DNA of 64,000 bases from Nostoc sp. (GTDB lineage: Bacteria > Cyanobacteriota > Cyanobacteriia > Cyanobacteriales > Nostocaceae), in NCBI GenBank assembly GCA_036918135.1, contig JBALDB010000067.1, forward strand, positions 64,001 through 128,000, in the 5' to 3' direction. Shown piece after piece: positions 21,470-32,046 of this stretch. Position numbers and translations under genes: made by a program. Position 1 is the stretch's first letter; every line of letters begins with the position of its first letter. Below the pieces are notes generated by a model. It worked only from the letters and a program-made list of their open reading frames with translations, ran no database searches and was not told the DNA's origin.

Positions 21470-21515
21470 TCATTTGTCATTTGTCATTCGTTATTAGTCA
21501 GCAGTCAACAGTCAT
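21467..21515. repeat. STRR-type heptamer repeats
   Basis: TAGTCAT TTGTCAT TTGTCAT TCGTTAT TAGTCAG CAGTCAA CAGTCAT. Confidence 0.7.
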
Positions 21516-21524
21516 CTCTCCTCT

Positions 21525-22712
21525 ATGCCCCACGACCCTTATGCTTGGATAGAAACATCTCTGGCAACAATTCATCGGGCGAACTGGTATCGTTCAGTAC
21601 AAACTATCGAGGGTCGCCCTGGTGCAACGGTGGTTTTAGCTGGGCAAGAGGTAATTAATTTTGCCAGTAATGATTATTTGGGATTGGCTGGGGATGAACG
21701 TTTAATGGCAGCAGCTATTGCTGCCATTGAGGAATTTGGTACTGGTAGTACTGGTTCTCGATTACTCAGTGGACATCGAGAATTACACAAAGAGTTAGAA
21801 AAGGCGATCGCATTTATTAAACAAACTGAAGATGCCTTGGTATTTAGTTCTGGGTATCTAGCTAATTTAGGTGTAATTACTGCTTTAGTCGGTAAGCGCG
21901 ATTTAATTTTATCTGACCAATACAATCATTCGAGTTTGAAAAATGGGGCGATTCTCAGTGGTGCAGCAGTTATAGAATATCTACACTGTGATGTTACAGC
22001 ACTCAAAATTCAGTTGAGTCAGCAACGGCAAAATTACCGACGCTGTTTAATTCTGACTGATAGCGTCTTTAGCATGGATGGCGATTTATGTCCAATGCCA
22101 GCACTGTTGGATCTCGCAGATGAATTTGACTGTATGCTGCTAGTTGATGAAGCTCACGCTACTGGGGTGCTTGGAAAAACTGGTGCTGGATGTGTTGAGT
22201 ATTTTGGGTGTACCGGAAAGCCGTTAATTCAAATTGGTACTTTGAGTAAAGCTTTGGGTAGTTTAGGTGGGTATGTAGCAGGAAGTAGTACCCTAATTGA
22301 CTTTTTACAAAACCGCGCACCCAGTTGGATTTACACCACTGGGCTTTCACCTGCTGATACAGCAGCGGCCTTAGCAGCAATCAAGATAGTACAACAAGAA
22401 CCGCAACGCCGTGCCCAATTGTGGGAGAATGTACGTTACTTGAAAACTTTGCTCGAACAACTGCCTAATCTAAAGTTACTGCCTTCAGAATCACCTATAT
22501 TATGTTTTCAATTGCCTAATACCACAGATGCACTTCAAATTGGAAAGCACCTCAAAGATGCTGGTATTTTTGCCCCGGCTATTCGTCCCCCCACAGTGCC
22601 CACAAGTCGTATCAGAATATCTGTGATGGCAACTCATAAAGTAGCACATATTGAAAAATTGGTAGCAGTGCTGAAGCAGGGCAATGGTGAGTGGGGAGTC
22701 TGTGAGGTTTGA
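21525..22712 (+). CDS. bioF: 8-amino-7-oxononanoate synthase
   Basis: [46 protein letters not shown] (PLP Lys) and AIRPPTVP motifs. Confidence 0.95.
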   Translation: MPHDPYAWIETSLATIHRANWYRSVQTIEGRPGATVVLAGQEVINFASNDYLGLAGDERLMAAAIAAIEEFGTGSTGSRLLSGHRELHKELEKAIAFIKQTEDALVFSSGYLANLGVITALVGKRDLILSDQYNHSSLKNGAILSGAAVIEYLHCDVTALKIQLSQQRQNYRRCLILTDSVFSMDGDLCPMPALLDLADEFDCMLLVDEAHATGVLGKTGAGCVEYFGCTGKPLIQIGTLSKALGSLGGYVAGSSTLIDFLQNRAPSWIYTTGLSPADTAAALAAIKIVQQEPQRRAQLWENVRYLKTLLEQLPNLKLLPSESPILCFQLPNTTDALQIGKHLKDAGIFAPAIRPPTVPTSRIRISVMATHKVAHIEKLVAVLKQGNGEWGVCEV

Positions 22713-22925
22713 ACTGGATAAATCGACCTCACAGACTCCTTCATCTGTTTGAGAACCTCAAACCCCGACTCACTTTCACAAAACTGGCAAACTGAAAAAC
22801 AAACTTTACTCCTCACTTTCGGCTAAAGAATAGTATTGACTTAAACTAATGTGAGTTCGACGGATAGAAAACGGCAGCAGGAAGGGCAAGCAAGTCTTTG
22901 GGATACAGCTTTTCTTAATGCCTGA

Positions 22926-25841
22926 CTACACCATTTGCCGAACCATTAACTGGGAAAACAATCCCTCTACAGCAGCTAGTTCCTGAAAATTTCCTTGCTG
23001 TACAACCCGGCCTGCTTGGAGTACGTAAATGCGGTGAGCATTGCGGATGGTGCTGAGTCGGTGAGCGATCGCTATTCTAGTAACTTGTAACTTTTCCAAA
23101 CTTTCACTGACAATCGCTTGAGTTCTGTTATCGAGCGCACTGGTAGCTTCATCGAATAACAAAATCCGGGGTTTTAATGCCAAAGCGCGAGCAATCAATA
23201 ATCGTTGTCGTTGCCCTCCAGAGAGATTACTACCCCCTTCACTAATCACAGTGTGCATTTCCATTGGCATGGCTGCAATATCCTCAGCCAACCCAGACAT
23301 CCGCGCTGCCTCCCAAGCTTCATCAAGTCTCATCTGAGCGCCACTAGCGATGTTGTCGAAAATCGAAGCTGAGGTAATTCGACCATTTTGCAAGACTACA
23401 CCTAACTGGCGACGCACCGCCTCAACATCTAACCCAGATAAATCTTGACCATCATAGTATATAGCCCCATCTTCGGGAGTCTCAAACCCCAATAGCAATC
23501 GAAATATAGTAGATTTCCCACTTCCAGAGCTACCTACAAGTGCAATAAATTCCCCAGGCTGTGCATGAATACTCAGATTATCTAATGTCATCGCTCCTTC
23601 TGGACGGTAGCGGAACTTAACACAATCCACAGTGATTCTACCCATAAGTTTGCCAGGATCGGCTTTACTCAAATCTACTTCTGGTATGGTTTTGAGAATT
23701 GGCTGGGCGCGTTTCCATTGGGGAATGACTTGTAAGGCATTGGTAACTGTATTGCTGACATCTGTAGTACCTTTGATAAAGGTATCAAACGCGGTTTTGA
23801 AAGCTAAAAAAGTCCCAATGGTCAGTCCAGCACTGCCTGTAGTCTCAGCGTCTGTAAGCAGTTCGATCGTAAACCAAAACAGGATCGCAGAAGTTAGCGT
23901 CGGCATCACTGTATTGAAAAGGGCGATCGCATCTTCAACGTATTGGGTGCTGAGTTCTAGTTTGATTTGCCGACTGTAATTTTTACTCCAAGAGGCGAAA
24001 GCACGCTCCTGGGCACCAGCGATATGCAGTTTCGCAATACCGTTGATTAGCTGCACTGTCTGCCCAAAGATATCTCCCTTGAGTTCTAGCAGTGGCCGAA
24101 CCTTGCGGACGAGGAGTATACCAGAGAAAGTAGTGATTGCGATCGCTACTATAGCAACAGCAACGGCAACTAAAGCTAATTTCGCGCTGTAATAAAATAA
24201 AAGCCCCAAATTCAGTAAAGCAAAAAGACCAGCGATTAAATTTACCAGAGTTGGGCCGCTGAGTTGGCGACGAATTATACTAACTGTTGTGACGCGAGAG
24301 TGAAGATCGCCAGTTGTGTACTTACGGAAAAAGGATACGGACAAATTTAACAGTCGATCCCATATAGCAGCTTGGATAGAAGCGTCAGTAACCGTTTCCA
24401 CCCGCAGCAGGGCTAACCCCTGAGCTAGCCGAAATAACCCCGTTGCCAAGGCAGCAACCAACAGTCCCAAACCAACTTGCAACAGTAATCCGCGATCGCT
24501 ATCTGGAATTGCATTGTCAATCAAAATGCTAGTAGCGTATGGTGTAAGCATTCCCAGTAACGTCGCCGCAACACCAGTTAAAAAAATCACAAGCAAGTCT
24601 TTTCCACGACCTTTGAAAGTGAACCAAAATAAATCCACCGCTTGGAGAGCCTTATCGGGTAAAGACCGATAAAACATATAAGCGATCGGACTTAGTGTCT
24701 CAACACTGCGGTCATTTACAGGCACACGGGTTTGGGCAACTGAATCGAAGATTTCGTAGCGATTAGCTGCAACTGGTAGCAGCGCCACAGGTCGGTTGTC
24801 CTCCTGAGTGTAAGCAACCAGGGGGCCAGAATCCTTCTCCCACCAATTGTCCCGCAGCAAAACCTGTCGCATCCTCACCCTAGAAGCCCGCACAATTGCC
24901 TCCAACGGGTTCTTAACTCGTTTGAGGTCTTCCGACCGAGCCGGAGGACGAATTTTTATCCCTAAAGACCTGCCTACCGCACCAGCAGCAATTAATAAAG
25001 GTGTGCCTTCCAAAAAAAAAGTTGCTTGTTTGGGTAACAACGGCGATGCTAATTCGCCCAGCGCCTCAGTAGTAACCTGACGGTTGAGATGTTCTCGGTG
25101 TTGAAGCCGTTCTAGTTCTGCCTGGGCTTCCTGCTGTTCTAACAGATTAATGTATTGCAGCAGTTGAATATGAAGTTGAGATAATCCCCCAAGTAAGATA
25201 TCAGAATTGTGGATGGCGCTAGTAATTTCAGTGGTAAGCTGAACCTGCCCCACAGCTTCTAACCACATGCGATCGCTCAGGGGAAAAATCCCCGTATTCA
25301 AATCTAGAGTTAGTTCTTCAAGCCCCAGCCAGCAGACGTTTCCTTGCTGAATTTCTATCCAAGCGATCGCCCCAGCTTCAGGTTGGAGAGTCTCACCATC
25401 ACTCAAAGAAAATCGCCCTTCTCCAACAGCTTGAACCTGAATCGCTGGCATGACGATGTGAGAAAATACAGCGTCGATTTGTCCAAGCCAATTCTCCACT
25501 AAAGCAACTACTGTGGCATCCCCATCAACAACCAACTGCCCAAAGCATTCACGATTTACCTTCAGTAGTTCTATTTCTCCCATCGGCACTGCTAAAAGTC
25601 GATAGTGCTGACGAACAAAGCTAGAATCTGTACCAAAAAGAGCCTCCCCAGAATTACAACTGAAAAGATAACGGCGAGTTCCTTCCGTGACACCATTTTT
25701 AACCGTAACAGCAAACAACGCCACAGAACCAGACTGAACTACCCAAACCGTCTCTAAGTCATCTAGCAGTATTGGTTCATTGCCCTTAATACTGTACAGT
25801 TGCCCTTGTAAGTCTGTGCTACTACTAATTTGATTAACCAT
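22926..25841 (-). CDS. NHLP bacteriocin export ABC transporter permease/ATPase subunit
   Basis: N-terminal cNMP-like region, ABC membrane domain, GSSGSGKST, LSGGQRQR, LFDEATSALD. Start probably 25841 (MVNQ); the upstream extension is repeat-derived. Confidence 0.9.
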   Translation of the reverse strand: MVNQISSSTDLQGQLYSIKGNEPILLDDLETVWVVQSGSVALFAVTVKNGVTEGTRRYLFSCNSGEALFGTDSSFVRQHYRLLAVPMGEIELLKVNRECFGQLVVDGDATVVALVENWLGQIDAVFSHIVMPAIQVQAVGEGRFSLSDGETLQPEAGAIAWIEIQQGNVCWLGLEELTLDLNTGIFPLSDRMWLEAVGQVQLTTEITSAIHNSDILLGGLSQLHIQLLQYINLLEQQEAQAELERLQHREHLNRQVTTEALGELASPLLPKQATFFLEGTPLLIAAGAVGRSLGIKIRPPARSEDLKRVKNPLEAIVRASRVRMRQVLLRDNWWEKDSGPLVAYTQEDNRPVALLPVAANRYEIFDSVAQTRVPVNDRSVETLSPIAYMFYRSLPDKALQAVDLFWFTFKGRGKDLLVIFLTGVAATLLGMLTPYATSILIDNAIPDSDRGLLLQVGLGLLVAALATGLFRLAQGLALLRVETVTDASIQAAIWDRLLNLSVSFFRKYTTGDLHSRVTTVSIIRRQLSGPTLVNLIAGLFALLNLGLLFYYSAKLALVAVAVAIVAIAITTFSGILLVRKVRPLLELKGDIFGQTVQLINGIAKLHIAGAQERAFASWSKNYSRQIKLELSTQYVEDAIALFNTVMPTLTSAILFWFTIELLTDAETTGSAGLTIGTFLAFKTAFDTFIKGTTDVSNTVTNALQVIPQWKRAQPILKTIPEVDLSKADPGKLMGRITVDCVKFRYRPEGAMTLDNLSIHAQPGEFIALVGSSGSGKSTIFRLLLGFETPEDGAIYYDGQDLSGLDVEAVRRQLGVVLQNGRITSASIFDNIASGAQMRLDEAWEAARMSGLAEDIAAMPMEMHTVISEGGSNLSGGQRQRLLIARALALKPRILLFDEATSALDNRTQAIVSESLEKLQVTRIAIAHRLSTIRNAHRIYVLQAGRVVQQGNFQELAAVEGLFSQLMVRQMV

Positions 25842-25903
25842 ATCTATAAAGTTGTCAGTAGTTATTCTCCCTATCCCTTTGTCTCCCCTGCCCCCCTGCC
25901 ACT

Positions 25904-28159
25904 TCATCCCTCCTCACTGCTAATCAACCGCGAGTAAACACCTTCCACTTGCCACAATTCTTGGTGAGTACCTCGTTGTACTACCTTGCCGCGATCGAGG
26001 ACAATAATTTCATCGCAGTCCCGGATAGTACTTAACCGATGTGCCACAATTAAGCAGGTAATCCCGCGTCGCCGCAAATTCTGGTCAATGATTTTTTCCG
26101 TCTCGGAATCTAAGGCACTAGTGGCTTCATCCATAACGAGGATAGTTGGATTATTGACCAAAGCACGGGCTATCTCTAGTCGCTGTCGTTGACCTCCACT
26201 CAAATTGGCAGCACCTTCTTGAAGTTCTGCATCAAACCCTCCAGACGTTGATAAAACTACATCTTCAATGGCAGCATCGCGGCAAGCCTGGATCAGATTT
26301 TTCTCTGGTACTGTGGTATCCCATAAAGTCAAATTTTCCCTAACAGTGCCACCGAATAGGGTGATATCTTGTTCTACCATTGCAACTGAGTTAGTCAATA
26401 CCTGATGCGAGATTTGAGAGTTGGGTTTACCATCAAAGCGAATTTCTCCCGACCAAGGTTGGTAAAGTCCACTTACCAGTTTGGCAATGGTAGACTTACC
26501 AGAACCACTCCCACCTACCAAAGCTACTCGCGCTCCAGGCTTAACCGAGAGACTAAAGTTTTCAATTAAAGCAGACTCCAGACTGCTATAGCCAAATGCA
26601 ATCTTTTCCAGTTCGAGGTATCCCTGCAATTTAGGAAAAAGATAAGGCAATGAGGAAATTGCTTCCCCTGCTTCCCCTGCTCCCCTGCTCCCCTGCTCCC
26701 CTGCCTCCTCAACCGCGTTATCTAACACATCATCTAGGCGAATCAAATTGCCCTCCATTTCTTGGAGAGTACTGCCGAAACTGACAAGATTATTAACAGG
26801 CAGCAAAAAGCTCTGCATCAATCCTTGAAAAGCTACAAGCATCCCGATGCTGAGATGTCCGTTCATCACCCGTAAACCGCCTACAACTAACAAAGCCACA
26901 GACGAAAGCGAAGACAAGAGCGTTGGTAATACAGAAAATGTCTGATTTGTGACTCCTAATTCTTGCTGGGAATTAATTGCTTTGGTGTAATAACCTGACC
27001 ATCGGGAAAAGAAATCCGACTCTAATCCAGAAGCCTTGAGTGTTTCTATACTCTGAAGTGCAGCTATGGATGCTCCAGCAGCTTTACCATATTCTTGAAT
27101 TAATCGCTGATTCGCGTCTACTCGCTGACGTGAGATCCACTGTAATGTCAAGACATTCACGGCAGCAAAGCAGACTACAACTAAGGTTAGTACTTTGTCG
27201 TATTGGAGCATTACTAGCGCGTAAAAAATCACCATCAGCGTATCAATCGCGGTAGTTGCCAGCTTTCCTGAAAGCACATCAGCAACTTGGTCGTTGAGAC
27301 TAGTGCGGTTACTAATTTCTCCGGTAAACCGTTGGGCATAAAAACTAACAGGTAAACGTAGTATATGCCACAGAAAGCGGCTGGACATTCCTACAGACAG
27401 CTTGACTTTTAAACGACGCAGGTATCGTAACCGTAGTAGCGTTAGAGACCCTTGGAATACGGTGGCGATCGCCATCGCTAAAAGCAGTGGACGCAGCCAA
27501 TGGTACCTTTGTTGAACTAAAATTTCGTCTACAAATACTTGGCTAAATACGGGTACTGCCAGCCCTACGATTGTTAAAAGGAATCCCGCTACCATACAGT
27601 AAATCAATGCCCCAGCAGCGTTTTGTAGGCGTGACCACAGCGATAAAATCAGGCTAGGTTTCCGACCTCCTTGCTGAAACTCCTGGCTTGGTTCCATAAC
27701 CAGCACCACTCCGGTATACCCCTCATCAAATTCTTGTCGGGAAACCTTTCGCGGCCCATTTGCGGGGTCATTCAGATAAACCCACTTGTTGCCAAATCCC
27801 TCTACAACCAAGAAGTGGTTGAAGTTCCAAAACACAATATAGGGAGGGCATAAGTCTGGAAGTTGCTCTAATTCCTTTTTAAAGCCTTTTGCCTGAAGTC
27901 CATAGTTTCTGGCAGCTTTCAGTATGTTAGAAGCTTTGCTGCCATCGCGGGAAACGCCGCACTCTCTTCTAAGTTCTGCTAGAGGTACAATTCGTTTGTA
28001 GTAACCGAGCATTATTCCCAAAGCAGCAGCACCACATTCCACAGCTTCCATTTGCAAAACCGTGGGGGTCTTTACCCGTTTGCTTGGACGTTGCAGCAGC
28101 AGTTGCAATTGTTGCAAAGGATTAATCGGTGTTGGTAAAGAAGGATTGGTAGATACCAC
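25904..28159 (-). CDS. NHLP bacteriocin export ABC transporter, C39 peptidase/permease/ATPase subunit
   Basis: TPTVLQMEAVECGAAAL (C39 Cys), WNFNHFLVV (His), NDPA; GGSGSGKST and LSGGQRQR. Confidence 0.95.
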   Translation of the reverse strand: MVSTNPSLPTPINPLQQLQLLLQRPSKRVKTPTVLQMEAVECGAAALGIMLGYYKRIVPLAELRRECGVSRDGSKASNILKAARNYGLQAKGFKKELEQLPDLCPPYIVFWNFNHFLVVEGFGNKWVYLNDPANGPRKVSRQEFDEGYTGVVLVMEPSQEFQQGGRKPSLILSLWSRLQNAAGALIYCMVAGFLLTIVGLAVPVFSQVFVDEILVQQRYHWLRPLLLAMAIATVFQGSLTLLRLRYLRRLKVKLSVGMSSRFLWHILRLPVSFYAQRFTGEISNRTSLNDQVADVLSGKLATTAIDTLMVIFYALVMLQYDKVLTLVVVCFAAVNVLTLQWISRQRVDANQRLIQEYGKAAGASIAALQSIETLKASGLESDFFSRWSGYYTKAINSQQELGVTNQTFSVLPTLLSSLSSVALLVVGGLRVMNGHLSIGMLVAFQGLMQSFLLPVNNLVSFGSTLQEMEGNLIRLDDVLDNAVEEAGEQGSRGAGEAGEAISSLPYLFPKLQGYLELEKIAFGYSSLESALIENFSLSVKPGARVALVGGSGSGKSTIAKLVSGLYQPWSGEIRFDGKPNSQISHQVLTNSVAMVEQDITLFGGTVRENLTLWDTTVPEKNLIQACRDAAIEDVVLSTSGGFDAELQEGAANLSGGQRQRLEIARALVNNPTILVMDEATSALDSETEKIIDQNLRRRGITCLIVAHRLSTIRDCDEIIVLDRGKVVQRGTHQELWQVEGVYSRLISSEEG
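26661..26705. repeat. STRR-type CT(T)CCCCTG repeats inserted in frame in the transporter linker
   Basis: Encodes EAGEQGSRGAGEAGEA between the membrane and ATPase domains. Confidence 0.8.
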
Positions 28160-28362
28160 TGCTCGACCTCAAAATAAATAAAACAAATATATTTGCAAAA
28201 GCGAGACTTTCACCTTGATTTGAACAGTTGTAGTCGTTCTGGATGGTGCTGAAATGAAATGATTTGCATTAAAAACCGACAGCAACAAGAGGGTAACAAG
28301 AGAGTTACCCATCAAGTGCCGCCGTAACAAGTCAAAGAGGTATCACTTTCTTAGCTACTCTA

Positions 28363-28614
28363 TCATTTCTTACCAATGCCCCCTATGCTATCTACAACAC
28401 CTCCAACAACATTGCCGGCAAGGTAATTCAAGTTTGATTCTCCACTATTTTCACCATTAAGTCCGTCGGCAGCTCCTTGCCCAAAATCCCTGACACCTTC
28501 TTTGATATCGTCCCAAATTCCTCCTCCAGCAACTGTTTCTAGTTCTTCAGTACTTAGCTCATCTGAAGCTTGTTTTTCGGTATTTTGCAAGTTTTTACCT
28601 TCATTATTTTCCAT
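28363..28614 (-). CDS. Double-glycine leader precursor peptide (Gly-rich, Cys-free 52-aa core)
   Basis: Leader ends ELSTEELETVAGG; AGGAG RBS upstream; lies next to the C39 transporter. Confidence 0.85.
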   Translation of the reverse strand: MENNEGKNLQNTEKQASDELSTEELETVAGGGIWDDIKEGVRDFGQGAADGLNGENSGESNLNYLAGNVVGGVVDSIGGIGKK

Positions 28615-28859
28615 GATTATTTCTCCTGATTTTCCGTTAATTGCAGGTTTAATGATTTTTTAAGATAGTTATCTATGTCTTTCTTTAATACCTGCTTTCA
28701 TAAAAATATTAAAAACTAAAATACTTGATAACAATAAACATTCTGTTGATAAAACTAACTTTTTTTGACATAAAATATTTATTTTATCTACTATAAATTA
28801 GTATTTCTAGGACTCCTGTTTTATTTTTGAAAAAAACTCAATACACTTTTATTCCTTCG

Positions 28860-29011
28860 GGACTTCCAAATAGAAAAATACTCAATTACTTCTTGTGAGG
28901 TGGGCGACACGAGCGCCCGTAGCCAAGGGCAGACAAGACTTCGGCGTGAGCGCTCAGTCAGTCGAACGTTGTCCACCCCACAAGTAGTAATAATTTATTC
29001 GCTGGAAGTCC
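28860..29011. mobile_element. MITE-like element with GGACTTCCA / TGGAAGTCC ends and nested REP-like hairpins
   Basis: Terminal inverted repeats; internal TTGTGAGGTGGGC...GTCCACCCCACAA palindrome. Similar single ends occur near 10015 and 12561. Confidence 0.65.
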
Positions 29012-29089
29012 TTTCTTAAGAGTTCCCTGTTCCCTATCTCTACAAGGGATTCAAGAATCAAATCGGATTGCTATATCACTAATTAAGGA

Positions 29090-30535
29090 TTAGTAGATAC
29101 CACTAATCGACCTCAGAATAGGTAAAACAAACGTAATTGGAGCGCGTTCTTCGACTTTGACGCGCACAACTGTAGTAGTTCCAGAAGAGATTTTTAGTTG
29201 CGGCCCGGTGGAAGAAGACCACTTATAGCCACTAAAGGTTGTTTGGTCGCGCTTGAGGTCAGCAAATACTTGCATAACCCCCTCCTGCTTTTGACCTACT
29301 AAACCTGCAACTACTTCTGAATTACCCACCACACTAGCGGCTGCTTCCCGTGTAATCGGAAATGCTGAAACACTAGTGATAGTACCTATGATGCCGCCGA
29401 AGCGTTCTCGCTTTACAGTTTGCGGCGTAATTTGTAGTATCATACCCTGTTGAATTTTCTTGCCATCCCCAACCGGAAAATAAGTTATACCAGCCAGTTG
29501 ACTGGATGAATTTTCTGCGTCTATGCTCCCTAAACGAGTTCCTGCATTAATTACCTGTCCAGGATTAACAGTGATTTCTAAAATGCGTCCTGAGTGTTGA
29601 CTGATAATTTGGCTGTTAGTACCTAATTGTTGTTCTATTCTGGCAATCTCTCGCTTGACTTCTTGAATCTGGTTTTTTCGGGTAGTTGCAGTTTGCAGGT
29701 CTTGTTGAGCGACGCTGGCTGCTTTAGTATTTTGTTCTTGTAACTGGGCTTGGATGTCTTTGATTTCGTTCAAATTTTGGAGGTATTGCCGTTGTGCATC
29801 GGCTTCCTTCAAGTCGAGTTGCTTGAGCTGCGATTCAGCTTCATCAATACTGGCACGGGCATCATCGTATTGTTGCCGTGCCTCTAGCACGATATCATCA
29901 GGAACTGCACCTTCTGTTAATAGCCTTTGGCGGTTTTCCAATCTTTTTTTATGGGTGGGAAGTAGCCCCTGGAGTGTTTGTAAGCGTTTTTGGAGGCTCT
30001 GGCGATCGCCCTGGATTGACACTAGCCCCTTTTCCCTCAATATAGGTGTCAAATCCTGGACAATCTTTAGCCTTTGTTGAAGGGTGAGCCTAAGCTCTTG
30101 GAAGGCTTTTTTGTCAAGTTCTTGACGCTGGGTTTGCAACAAACTAGCGTTACGATCCTGATCTTGAAGTTGAGTTAGTTTAGCACGCGCTAGTTGTAGT
30201 TGTTTGTGTAGATCGACTTGGTCAACCGTTGCCAATACATCTCCCTTCTTAACGACATCGCCCACATTAACATTTAGAGTAGCTAACTGCCCTGCACTTT
30301 TTGACTGTAACGGCACAACTGTACGCGGATAAATCAGTACTCCTCGACCCTCAACAGTAATGGGAATGCGTCCATAAATACTCCAGATTGCAGCTACGAC
30401 TACCAAAGAACCCAAGGCGGTTAAAGGCAACCAGCTTTTAGGGCTAACCACCTGCATGAGTTGGTCTAGCCTTTCAGGAGAAGATAAACGCTCCAGTGAC
30501 TCTTTACGGAATAAGCTTTGCTTGTGTTCTACCAT
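29090..30535 (-). CDS. NHLP bacteriocin system secretion protein (HlyD family membrane fusion protein)
   Basis: LFRKESLERLSSPERLDQLMQVV N-terminus, one TM, lipoyl-like halves around a long coiled coil, GYKWSSS motif. Confidence 0.93.
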   Translation of the reverse strand: MVEHKQSLFRKESLERLSSPERLDQLMQVVSPKSWLPLTALGSLVVVAAIWSIYGRIPITVEGRGVLIYPRTVVPLQSKSAGQLATLNVNVGDVVKKGDVLATVDQVDLHKQLQLARAKLTQLQDQDRNASLLQTQRQELDKKAFQELRLTLQQRLKIVQDLTPILREKGLVSIQGDRQSLQKRLQTLQGLLPTHKKRLENRQRLLTEGAVPDDIVLEARQQYDDARASIDEAESQLKQLDLKEADAQRQYLQNLNEIKDIQAQLQEQNTKAASVAQQDLQTATTRKNQIQEVKREIARIEQQLGTNSQIISQHSGRILEITVNPGQVINAGTRLGSIDAENSSSQLAGITYFPVGDGKKIQQGMILQITPQTVKRERFGGIIGTITSVSAFPITREAAASVVGNSEVVAGLVGQKQEGVMQVFADLKRDQTTFSGYKWSSSTGPQLKISSGTTTVVRVKVEERAPITFVLPILRSISGIY

Positions 30536-30585
30536 TTATGGTGCTCGACAATTAAATTGATTTAGCTTTTCTAATTTCAAAACAA

Positions 30586-31674
30586 TCAAACCTCAAATAT
30601 TTGCAATTTATTTGTATTTAAATAATCAATATCTAACCAATTATGAGAAAAACCTAAATATGCTTTTGCCTCTATAGCAGTATTTGGTTGATAAACAAGC
30701 TTTATATGATTTATCCTTCTTTTAAAAATGCTGAATACATTAGCACCCATCACAATATCACCCCAAATAAGATTACTAGGCCAGTTATCTGGAATAGAAG
30801 CTTTTTGGCACAATCCTGGCCAAGTCAAAAGAGCTTTTTGCTTACCTGGAGTACATAAACCTTTTTCAACCAAATAATCTAAAAATAATTTCCACCGAGG
30901 TTCATATTTTGGTTGCTTTACCAAAGAACATTCTAAACCAATTCTCGGTAGTATCTTATCTCCTATATCAAAGCTTAAACAAACCCCATCTACAAATTCA
31001 GATAGATTAGATATATATGATTGCAGTGTATTGGTTGGATCTGTCCAGCCAATTTTTCTTAAGTAATCTAGAACTTGAGCAGGAGCAATTTCATTTACAT
31101 TAATTCTTACTTCCTGAACAGAGCGAGATAGCATCAACCCAATATGGCTAATGTGTGATTTAGCAGTTAAACAATCGATGCTAAGTTGGATATTAGACTT
31201 AATTTGTGAGGATATTGGATAGTTAAGTAGGCTAAAAACTATTTTAATTAATTCTTGGTAATTAGTAATATTTTCGTTATTTAAAGTTAAAAAAGTGCAT
31301 GGAACTGGCACTTTATTTAGTTTAGTGTCTTCCAGGTAACTTTGTCCATATACATCAAACTCCAACCAAATATTTCTCACTTTTTGATATAAAAAAGACT
31401 TTTCCTCAGTCCATTCTTGATATATTTTTTGAAAAGTTTGCCATGTAGGATGTTTCAATAATATCTCTGGCAGACTAGGACTTAAGGGGGAAACATTTAC
31501 TTGGAAGTCCACTCTAGATTTACCATATCCGAGACGACATTCAAGGAAAGCTAATGGCAAGGGAGGTAAAATTCTGGCTAAGGAGCGAATCTCTGACAAA
31601 GCATCAGGAGAAACTAAATCAGATTGAAGATAAGGAGTAATAACTTTCAGATAGTCTCCCATTGTACAGTTCAT
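30586..31674 (-). CDS. Unassigned RiPP-cluster enzyme (possible ABBA-fold prenyltransferase)
   Basis: Intact 362-aa ORF with AGGAG RBS between lanM and hlyD; motifs FLECRL, IWLEFDV, HIGLMLSR, RIGLEC, INHIKLVY, AKAYL. The function is inferred only. Confidence 0.55.
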   Translation of the reverse strand: MNCTMGDYLKVITPYLQSDLVSPDALSEIRSLARILPPLPLAFLECRLGYGKSRVDFQVNVSPLSPSLPEILLKHPTWQTFQKIYQEWTEEKSFLYQKVRNIWLEFDVYGQSYLEDTKLNKVPVPCTFLTLNNENITNYQELIKIVFSLLNYPISSQIKSNIQLSIDCLTAKSHISHIGLMLSRSVQEVRINVNEIAPAQVLDYLRKIGWTDPTNTLQSYISNLSEFVDGVCLSFDIGDKILPRIGLECSLVKQPKYEPRWKLFLDYLVEKGLCTPGKQKALLTWPGLCQKASIPDNWPSNLIWGDIVMGANVFSIFKRRINHIKLVYQPNTAIEAKAYLGFSHNWLDIDYLNTNKLQIFEV

Positions 31675-32046
31675 TAATCATTCTCCTTTTTGTAACTAAA
31701 AAAATCAAATATAGCTATATTCAAAGACCTTAATATATCGTTATCAAATTTATTTATTAGGCTACATCAATTTTTTCAAAACACAAAATTAAGTAACTCT
31801 GAATTAACCCTTTGCGTTCCTTTGCGTAAACCCATCAAAGTTTGCTTGAAGGGAAACCCTCCGACGCTCGTTTGCGTAGCGTCTCCCTTTGGGAGAAGAC
31901 TCGCTATGGCAACTTCTCTGTGTGTGACTTTGCGTTTAAAAATTCAAACATTTGGGATGCTCCGGCAAATTTCAAGTCTGCAAGTATACAAACTAATTTT
32001 CAAAGCTAAACATCAAGCCTGTTTTTCTATTCTGCTGTAGCTGTTT

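Noticed and set aside
25842..25907. N-terminal extension MKWQGGRGDKG of the ABC subunit
   Set aside because: Derived from STRR-like intergenic repeats; the downstream ATG is more plausible.
31822..32040. 72-aa ORF between lanM and the unknown enzyme as a possible extra precursor
   Set aside because: Opposite strand, no double-glycine leader, and composed of small dispersed repeats.
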